Below, one piece after another: positions 26,717-36,635 of a stretch of DNA of 64,000 nucleotides; position 1 is the stretch's first letter; every line of letters begins with the position of its first letter. Below the pieces are notes generated by a model. That model was given only the letters and a program-made list of their open reading frames with translations, was not told where the DNA came from and searched no databases. Made by a program: the position numbers and the translations under genes. This DNA comes from Eledone cirrhosa (lineage: Eukaryota): contig OZ024741.1 in the NCBI GenBank assembly GCA_964016885.1, positions 58,528,001 through 58,592,000 on the forward strand, read 5' to 3'.

Positions 26717-27483
26717 TCATAACTAAAATATATTAAAATTCTAAACGTTTTGATTTTGTATGCATAATCTGTGAATTGTAAATATTGGAACAGTAAATAT
26801 ATAAAAATAAGTGATCAATTATTTATATTCATTTTCAAATTGAAGATAGAATCTTTAGATCATTCCTGTTTATGGTGGTAGTTGTGGGGTATGGTTTTTA
26901 TTATGGTTGATGGTGTTCAGTTCAGTTTGCAACCTATTGGATCTGAGATCAATCTCACTACTTTTCTTAAAGTATGGAGTACTAAGTTGAATAATGGTTT
27001 TACTTGTCTCAGTAATATTTTATCTATCTATCTCTCATAAAGTGTGAATAAACATATATTGATACTTCATTCTTGCTCTATATATATATATATATATTCT
27101 CATCTCGGAACAATTTTGAATAGCGCTAGTTCGTAATTCGAACTCGGGAATTTTATATTCTCCGAGTGTAAAGAACTTTCTGACGAGAGTTTATCTTTTC
27201 AATGGACGCCCGCAAGGACTATCCATTTATTTTTGAGACTCAAAACCGTGACCACATTTTGGTTTAATTTCTATAGCTGGATACCCTTCCTAATGCCAAC
27301 TGTGTGTACTGGGTGCTTTTTATTGTGGCACCAAAATGACCATCTAACAAGGTGGGCTGGGTGCTTTTTTGTCATGTCACCAACATGACCACCTTATAGG
27401 GTGGACTGTGTGCTTTTCTCATGTCATCAGCACAACCACCTTACAGGGTGGACTATGTGTTTTTTTTTTATATATACATATAT

Positions 27484-27998
27484 TAGGGAGATGCTTCCTC
27501 TGTTGACAAAGAAGGGTTTCTCCCTGTGTACGAAAGGCCAGTTATATGATGCCTGTGTGAGATGCGCGATGCTGCATGATAGTGACCATCAGCAGCAACT
27601 GTAGAGGATATGCGGCAGCTGAAGAGAAATGAAGCAAGCATGCTCCGTTGGATGTGCAATGTCAATGTGCATGAACAACCAAGCATAGATGAGTTGAGAG
27701 AGAAACTGTGTATAAGAGGGATAAGTTGTAGTGAGCGGGAGAGAAGACTGCAATGGTATGGACATGTGATGCACATGGAGGATGACTGCTGGGTAAAGAA
27801 GTGCCAATAAATCCCAGTAGAAGGAAGACGCAGTAGAGGAAGACCACGAAAAGCATGAGCGGAGGTGGTGAGAGCAGACCTCAGATTGTTGAAGCTCACA
27901 GAGAAGATGACGAAGGACCGTGAAAAGTAGAGAGATGCTGAATAGGACCCGTCCCACCCTTGCAAGGAGGGAAAAATGGACGCATAATGATGATGATA
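27484..27998 (+). mobile_element. RTE LINE 3' fragment ending about 65 bp upstream of the RXYLT1 exon
   Basis: Peptides LYDACVRCAMLH, RNEASMLRWMC, LQWYGHVMHM and GRPRK, followed by an atgatgatga tail. Confidence 0.88.
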
Positions 27999-28062
27999 TA
28001 TTGTTTTATTATTGATTTTTTTTTTTTAATATATATATTAATGATTGATTTGTAAATTTCAG

Positions 28063-28236
28063 ATTTTTTACGTGATGATCCTGACTGGAACCCATGGGGG
28101 GAAGAATTTGAAAATGGGGAAGAAGCAAGATACGAAGCTCCACAATGGAAAGTAGAAAATCCAAGTGTAAAAAGTAATAAAACAAGTAACAATTCTCAGG
28201 AATTTGTTGTTGAGATCTGGGGCAAAGCTGCTATAG
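28063..28236 (+). CDS. RXYLT1: Internal coding exon of ribitol-5-phosphate xylosyltransferase 1 (RXYLT1/TMEM5 orthologue), equivalent to vertebrate exon 2
   Basis: Acceptor tttcag| at 28062 and donor G|gtaaga at 28237. The exon is 174 nt, phase 1-1 and open: (x)FLRDDPDWNPWGEEFENGEEARYEAPQWKVENPSVKSNKTSNNSQEFVVEIWGKAAI(G). WNPW and IWGKAAIG match human TMEM5 as I recall it (EEWNPW...VQIWGKAAIG), and the intron interrupts the final Gly. Confidence 0.9.
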
Positions 28237-28698
28237 GTAAGATATCTTTGTCTTTTTAAGTCTTTTTATTATTATTACTTTTTTTCTAATGTTTTTCTGT
28301 TTACAGAGGAATAATTGAGAGTGCTTACACTTAAGTTCTTTTCACATTTAATGGATAATTTATATCTACCTTAAGTTTACCTTAATCTTCAAATATGCAC
28401 TCCATTCTTGCATAAATATCAATTATATAGTCATATGATAGTATTTACAATAACTACTTTGTTTTGCATTTGACCAGTGGTTCCCAAATTGTGCACCATG
28501 GCACACTGGTGGGATAGAGGTATCTTTGACATTTTTAGGAACTTATTTTATTATAATTGTAATTTCTTTGTTTTTCTGTGTTGACATGTTGCAGTTCATT
28601 GTTTTTTACGGTTGAAAATACTAATTAAAAAAAGAAAGCATAGATATTTGTCACCAAATGTCTGCATGTCATGTAAATTAGATTGACTATTTCAAGTA

Positions 28699-28927
<229 letters not shown>

Positions 28928-29083
28928 GCTGCTGTGTTCAGGCGTCCCTTTAGATAGCCAGTGTCAAGCTTGAGATGCCCAAGTCACACTGCATATTATG
29001 TCAGCGCTGCTAACAAATCAATGAGGTGAGGGCTCATGGAAGGATATATGTATGCATGCATCTGTGTGTGCGTGTATAAAAAG

Positions 29084-29221
29084 TTAGTTCCGCAACAGCT
29101 AATAACCCATTTTCGGGGACATGACGTTTCACCTTGCATATTCACTTAGTAACTCTAGTTGAAATCCACAAAGTGAAACCTCATGTCCTCGAAAATGGGT
29201 TATTAACTGTTGTAGAACTAA
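29084..29221. repeat. Foldback/MITE-like inverted repeat with 53-bp arms
   Basis: 29084-29136 is the reverse complement of 29169-29221 with a few mismatches. Confidence 0.85.
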
Positions 29222-29689
29222 TGTCTACTGAACTCGTCCCATGGACTAAGTGCTCTACTACAACGGATATACCCTCCCAGTGTTCTACCACCATATATAT
29301 ATATATGGAGAAAGAGATTCACATCAAATGATCAATTGAGAAATTATATTATGGAAAATATAAATCTTGAGAAATGTGTGTGTAGAAAAAAAAAGGAAAA
29401 TAGATTAAAAATCAGAGAAAATTAAAAAAATAAACTTCAATATTAAGCATTTCTGCAAACATATGTGTCAATATTTGAATGATGCCTTTTTGAAAGTAAA
29501 TGAATATTGAAGTTATGTACATAAAATTAATAGGCACCATGTGTTTGCGTTTTTCTGTTCTGCTTATATAAACTACTGAAATGCTAAAATTAATTTTAAA
29601 CTCAGCAATTAAAAAATAGAAATAACTTCCTGTTCATTAAATTGCTTATGTTCTTGTATTTTGTTTTTTAAATAAACAATTATGATGCC

Positions 29690-29905
29690 CTCAAGAGTGC
29701 TTGGTTATTGCCTTAGCCTCACTATCACCTGACCTTGCTGCCATACCAGGTAATGTGTCTGGTGTGGGTGCTTTATTAATCCAGTATCTTATCCTGGCTG
29801 TCTTACCAACATATCAGGTGATGTTGCTGGTGATGGTGCTCAGTTATTCTAGCATCTTAGCCTTGCTCTCACTCATGGCAACGCTGCAAGTGTATTGGTT
29901 GCCTA
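29690..29905 (+). mobile_element. CRE-like non-LTR retrotransposon 3' remnant
   Basis: 29829-29903 reads GDGAQLF*HLSLALTHGNAASVLVA, matching the LFQRLSxAxxRGNAASVL C-terminal motif. Confidence 0.6.
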
Positions 29906-31544
29906 AAACAATTATAAATTGTAAATTTATATTTGTACATTTACTATACAGAGACCATCAAGATTGTAAATATGTATATATAATACACACATTTAGTATG
30001 GAATAAACATCTGTTGGTTTCACTGATTAGTGTTCCAGTTGTTGATTACTGGACCAGCCTGCTCATGAAATAAACATGTATGTGGCTGAGCATTCCACTG
30101 ACACATGTACCTTTAATATAATTGCTAAGGAGATTCATTGTGACACAGTGTATGAGAAGGCTGGCTCTATGAATTATAGGTAGAGTACATTCAGTGGGCT
30201 TCTAAACAGTTTCTGTCAACCTAATTTTACTCACAAGATATGGGTCAACCTGAGGCTATGCGAAATGACACTTGCCCAAGATACCACACCTTAAGATTGA
30301 ACCCAGTACCTAATGATTGCAAAGTGAACTCCTTAACCACTTGACCTTGCTGCATCTGCACATTTTTAAATAGACATATACACATGTCAAATTTGCATAT
30401 AATCATTGTAAATAGAAAATGATTAATTCCTTTAATTGTATATTCTTCTTGCTGTTTTATACCACAAAGCCCACTTTAAGTTATTACAAGGAAAGGTAGA
30501 AGTCATTATGTTCATCACAAAAGAAACATGGCTGTATCAAGTTTTTAGTGATAATTGTAATGCTGAAATTGTTTTGTGTTTTTTTTTGTTTTGAGTGTAA
30601 TTTTTTTATTCTGAATGATTAAATGAATCTATAGATGACAAACAGAATGTATGTGTTATTTTAAATAGATGGCATCTTTGAGAGAAAATGAAATATAACT
30701 AAGAGGCATGTCAAAATACAGTTTGAGTTATGTTCTACAGGAAAGAAGGCTTAAAAATTGATTATTCATTTATCTATCTGCATGTTTCTCTCTCTCTCTC
30801 TCTCCAATATATTCTTTATATATATAAAGATTAAAGTTTTTCAGATTACAAAAACATTCTGAGGAAAAATCATCGCTGTAAATCAGTGGTAGCAACATAG
30901 CTAAATATATATCACTCTATCAAATTCTTGTCATATTATCTTGATGGAAACAAACCAGTTTAAATTATAATCCAATAAATTGGTTAGACAGAGAGAGAGA
31001 TATGCTACATTGAGAAATTGTATTACATATTGAAATTTGAAAAATGGAGTTTTTATTATTTCTAAGATCTTTGACAATTCTACTGCAATTTTAGTTTTGG
31101 TTGTGAGGAGGAAAAAAATTTTTCAATATATCATTTGTGATAAATTTAATAGCTTGTATCTTTATTGATATTGATGAGTATTGTAGCCGGTGGGGGAAAA
31201 ATGATTTATGGCCAGGATTATCACTAACTGATGACTAAACCTCAACAATACTGTCTTCGAATATGAATAATCTATATAGTTGTTTATTTGTTTTCATTGG
31301 AATTGTTTTTCTTGTGTTTAAAAACATTTCTGGAGACTAAAAATGACTCTTGAAAATCATTAATCAATACCAAATTGTATCTCAATATATTATTGGTTTA
31401 CAGATAATCAATAGGATAAATACCATGAGAGCCAATTCTATTATTTCTACTGTAAAAAAAACATTGGGATTATTATTGTAATCACTAAAATGAACTTGTT
31501 TTCGTGTGTGTGTGTATACATACATACAATCACACACACCCAAG

Positions 31545-31760
31545 CATTTCAAGGCTGTTCTTCAATCGACCCTAAAAACACTGCAAAATTTCATTATCTA
31601 GCTGGGAAGATGCAACAAAAGATCAACCAGGCTGGCATTCTTTTAACTTTCAGCATCTCCCTGAGTTTTCTAAACTTTCTATTGACCAAGGTGTTGCAAG
31701 CAACAGAAACAGGTGCATGGTTCAGCAACAGCAGTGAGCATCTGCTACTGCATTTTGATC
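31545..31760 (+). mobile_element. Possible RTE extreme 3' remnant
   Basis: SSWEDATKDQPGWHS resembles the WExxAxDRxxWR motif at RTE C-termini. Confidence 0.4.
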
Positions 31761-32195
31761 TGGTGCAGGATGTTAAGATCCTGTGCCACATAAAACCTTA
31801 TTAGAAAAGCATTATTGAAAAGTAGAACACAGCTCTATGACTGAATCCCATTAAATGTTAAAGTCTTAACTTTAATTTTGCAAATTTTCACGTGTCCACT
31901 AGTAAATATAATACAAACATTTGAATGAAACCCATTTAAAAATATTTTCTGGTAAATCATTGCAGGATATTAAGAGTTAAATTAGCGAAAACTAAGGATA
32001 CTCATTGGGGATATTAACAAGGAAATGGTTTCAGTTTTGAGAATGATAATTCAATTGGAATAGGTCGCTTTGAAATCATCGTAAATGTATTATCTTTCAA
32101 TATAGTTCTTGATTAACTTTAACTGATAGTCAGCATTTTATTGTTTATAAAGCAGTAAGCTTTTACAATGTGCTTTAGGGTAGGTATAAAACAAC

Positions 32196-32375
32196 TTGTT
32201 TGTTGTTGTTGAATGCCAAGTCAGCTCTGATTGAGAATACCTATTATCAAAGATGTTAAAGCTTTGATCGACATGTCTTTTTTTTTATCTAGAACTACAT
32301 TATCCAATGTGTTATTTGTATAAGATAGCTAGTGGAAACTTGGTTGCTATTTCTTGCTTATCAAGCAATTATGTA
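32196..32375 (+). mobile_element. Dispersed repeat of unknown class
   Basis: Homologous in reverse orientation to about 58225-58480. Confidence 0.55.
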
Positions 32376-33465
32376 AAGGTTTCTTTTTTTGAATTTAATA
32401 GTAAATAGTAAAGAACTTGGGAACTTTATATCTTTCAATATATTTTTGTTTTAGAATAAGTACAGTGTGTATCAGCATGTCCATAAGAGGTAACAATAAG
32501 GTAACTGACTGTAAGAGCATCAGACTGTAAAACACTACCTGAAAAGAAAGGGAATTATGTTGAAAACTATCAAGGGACCCTGAATGGCTAACTCCTGCTG
32601 CATAGCAGGCAAAATGACCTTAAAACATTTGTTATTGTATTATATTTTAATTTTTAGAGTCGATACAGTGGAATAGAATGGAACCTCCATTGGTTTCAAT
32701 GATAGGTGTGCTGCAATTGTTCTATTGATGAAACAGAAAACTTGTGAAATTAATGTGGAAGTGGATGGACTTTTGAAATACAGGTACAGTCCTTCTGACA
32801 GGCTTCGAAATACTTTCCATCAAACCAATTTTACTTACAAGGCTTAGGTCAAGGAATCAAACCTAGTACCTTATAATTTTGAATTGGACTTCTTAACAAT
32901 TTGACCATGCTGTGTCTGACACATATTACAAATAGGTGACCTATGTGTATTATAAAGTGTAATGAATTTGTAGAATTCTTAGAATGACAGACAAAATACT
33001 TTGTGATATTTAGCCCTTTTTGTTCTCACTTCAAATCCTGCCAAGATCAGCTTTATCATTCATACTTTGCAGGTCCATAAAATAAGTACCATTCAAGAAC
33101 TAGGATTAATATTGACTATATCTATCCCCTAAATGTGGGGTTAATATTGACAATACACATCCCTCAAATGTGAGGATTTATGTTTGTTAGAAATCAAATA
33201 TCATCAGTATATTTTGATATGTGGTATAGAGATATGTATTGACATGTTCAACCAATTGTCAGCTATCTACTACAATGTTTGCATCCATAAAAATCTTCCC
33301 GTTCATAATTTAATACATCTATCTCGAACGAAATTAGTGTTTTATTACCAACAACCCTTTTGATATCAGACTGCCTGAAATTGTCCTTCATTCTAGAATA
33401 AAGTGTTCATATTTATCTAAACATCTTCCATCATAATTTATATAAGAAAATTTATAAAGTTATGT

Positions 33466-33691
33466 TTAACCCTTTAGCATTTAAACTGGCTGAATCCTAC
33501 TAGAATTCTCTCACCTCTTTCTGTTCAAACCGGCTGTAAGTGGCTGCTCATACTGATGTTATTGTATTGTTCTCAAAATAAATATCAAAATCTCATAGAT
33601 TCGATATTATGTGAGATAAAGCCTTTACCGCGAAAATACACTAGTATATATATAGAGTAATATAAATGTAATGTAAATGCTAAAGTGTTCA
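33466..33691 (+). mobile_element. piggyBac-like MITE family B nested in a family A copy
   Basis: TTAA|ccctttagcattta...taaatgctaaagtg|ttca. Shares the internal sequence caaaatctcatagattcgatattatgtgagataaagc with 419-633. Confidence 0.8.
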
Positions 33692-33912
33692 AGCACCTTA
33701 ATAATGAGAACATTTGATATATTACCAAATCCCTCAAAATTCTTCATTATTTTCAAAATTATTTGAAAATCAGGCAATGTCTTTCATTAGAAATATGGTA
33801 CCCATGCTAGCGTGGAAGATGGACGTTAAACAAAGATGATGATGATGATGAAGGGTAAGTGACTAAAATGACTCGTCTACAATATAGAAGTATGGTAACA
33901 AAAGAGTTAAAG

Positions 33913-36635
33913 TCGTCATCATCATCGTTTAACATCTATCTTCCATGGGTTTAGACAGGAATTGTCCCACTTGAGGCACGATTGGTCGGGTGACCGTGTC
34001 TCGCTCGTATAGAACTATCTGGCAGGTTTTCTACGGCTGGATGCCCTTCCTAACACCAACCACATTTTTAGTGTAGACTGGGAGGTTTTTACCATGTTAC
34101 CTACACGGCCACATTACACCGTGGACTGTGTGGTTTTTTTTTTTGTTGTGACACCTACACGACCTCATTTATTTAGGACTGGATGTTGTGGTACCAACAT
34201 AACTTTACAGCGAAAGGGGTGGGGGTAGTGGGATGGGGGTGTATTTTTGGTTAAGAGGTGCCTACTGACTGTAGGTTTCGCTTTGTACTTAAGCAAGGCG
34301 GGTCTTCTGTATTACTGCGTAGCGCAAAAGATCTTGGTCCAGTGACATTGTCTTGGAGAGGTGTAAGTGTATAAGGTTGGAATTTATCAAATCGTCCCAG
34401 GTTTTTCTGGGTCTGCCTACTCTGTGGCTACCATCTATTTTGATCACCCTGCACTTTTTTATACAGCAGTCATCTTTCATGCGCATCACATGACCATACC
34501 AATGTAGTCTTCTCTCTAGTAAACAGCATATGATCCCTCTTATTCCTAATTTCTCACTTAGTTCATTTATGCTTTGCCGTTCATGTATATTACTATTACA
34601 CATCCAACGGAGCATGCAAGCTTCATTCCTCTCCAGTCTGTCTAGATCCTCTGCACACAATGCCCATGTCTCACTGCCATGTAACATTGCTGTTCGTATG
34701 CAGGCATCATACAGTTTGCCTTTCATTTTTAGAGAGAAATCTTTAGCGACCAATAGTGGTATAAGCTCTCTGAACTTTTTCCATCCCATTCTGACTCTAG
34801 CTACTGTACTTTCAGAGCATCCTCTACCACTGCTGATTTTGTCACCCAGGTAACGGAAGGTGTCCACTATTTCTATAGAACCATCTGGGCAATGGAAGGA
34901 GCTAGTATCCTGTGGGTACTTGCTACTATTTATTGCACCTGAGCACTGGCCACATATAAAATCTATGTTCTTAGTTAGCTTACCTGTGATCCCACTACAT
35001 CTTTTATGCACCCATACTTTGCATTTGGGACATAAAATGGAATTTCTGCCTACTCCTTTCCTACACATTAAGCATGGCCATTTCCCAGAGGGGACCAGTG
35101 CCCTATTTTCCTTCCTACATACTAGAACTTTAGTCTTATACAGGTTAATTTTAAGGCCTTTTGATTCTAGGCCATGCTTCTATGTTTGGAATTTCTTCTC
35201 TAGTTCAGCCATTGATTCAGCTATGAGCGTTAGATCTGCGTATAGAAGTTCCCATGGGCAGCCGGTCTTGAACTCCTCTGTTATAGCCTGAAGGGCGATA
35301 ATAAATAGGAGGGGGCTAAGCACAGAGCCCTGATGAACACCAACTTTTACGCTAAACTCTTCACTATATTCGTTGTTAATTCTAACCTTGTACAGCTCTC
35401 ACAAGCCATTCATCAAAACCTAGTTTTCTGAGAGCCCACCAGATAATGGGGCGGAGGACTCTGTCAAAGGCTTTTTCCAAGTCAACAAAAGCTAAGTATA
35501 GGGGTTTACTTTTAGCTAGGTACTTCCCCTGTAGTTGTCGTACAAGGAAAAGAGTGTCTGTGATACTTTTACCTGACACAAACACAAACTGCATTTCATC
35601 TAGCTCAATTCACTCTCTGATTAGTTGTGCTATAACTTTTTCAGTGACCTTCATGACCTGGTCAATTAATTTAATGCCTCTTTAGTTTCCCCTATCTAGG
35701 GCATCTCCTTTACCCTTGTAGCAGTTAATGATGATGCTGCCAGTCCTTTGGTATGACCCCATTCTGCATGACTTGGTTTACTATCCGCGTGACCATAGTG
35801 TTTCCCACCATTCCAGATACTTTCAGTATTTCAGCAACTATCTCCGAAGGCCCAGCTGCCTTGCCTGTCTGCATATCTTTGATTGCCTTACTTATTATAC
35901 TACCTTCAACTTGCACTGCTGGTCCCTCTATTGGATCGATGTGAGGCAGACTCTTTGTCCCATTTATTCTCCTCATTTAGTAGCCTCTCGTAGTGACACT
36001 TCAAGCTACCTTCTTATCAGCGTCAGTGATGGCAAGTACACCATTGCCTAGCAATCCTGAACACCTCACGTTGTTGGTCTTCGCGTTGTAGAACATGCTT
36101 GAACTTTCTTTCCTCTGCTTCCCTTGCGAAGTACACTTGTCTCCTAGCTTCCCTCCTGGCCACTTGATAGTCTTTTCTACTTCCCCCATCCCTCCATACT
36201 TTCAAAGCCTGCTTTTTGGCCTTGATTGACTCCTCCACCTTACTGTTCCACCACTAAGTTACTCTCCTCCTGCCTATAGGTCTGCTCCAGCCACAGATTT
36301 CATCTGTCGCCTTCAGCAAGTTAGCTTTCAGGAATTCCCACCCTTTCTCTATATTGTACGACTCTAATTGCTCTTCCTTACTGTCAAAAGCATCAAGTAA
36401 TATGCTTTTAAATTTATTACTAGCTGTGGGGTCCTTTAACTTCCATATTCTTCTCCTTAGGGTAGTCCTCCTCTGTTGTCGAGTACATCTCGTCCTGACT
36501 ATGAGGCTATGTTGGGAGGTGCATTCTTTCATGGGGGAGGGATTTAGTGTTTACAACAGACACTCTGTCACGTCTTCTGGTAAGGATATAATCTATCTGA
36601 CTGGCGTGTTCCCTTTAAGTTTGTGTTACAGATAG
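33913..36635 (-). mobile_element. 5'-truncated, disrupted RTE-clade LINE: end of endonuclease/linker, RT, C-terminus, 3' UTR and (GAT)n tail
   Basis: Minus-strand peptides GKAAGPSEIVAEILK, TDTLFLVRQLQGKY, AFVDLEKAFDRV, PWELLYAD-L (one catalytic Asp codon lost), FRYLG, LHWYGHVMRM and GRPRKTW. It carries stops, frameshifts and a deletion. The tail reads tcatcatcatc at about 33916. Confidence 0.93.

Noticed and set aside
28475-28530. cagtggttcccaaa hAT-like left end
   Set aside because: I found no matching right TIR or TSD, and it is too short to annotate.
34289-35068. 259-aa ORF as a functional or domesticated gene
   Set aside because: It is the surviving C-terminal part of a dead RTE, with an upstream stop, frameshifts and a damaged YADD motif.
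34530-36635. Plus-strand ORFs overlapping the LINE
   Set aside because: They are antisense shadows of the RTE ORF2.
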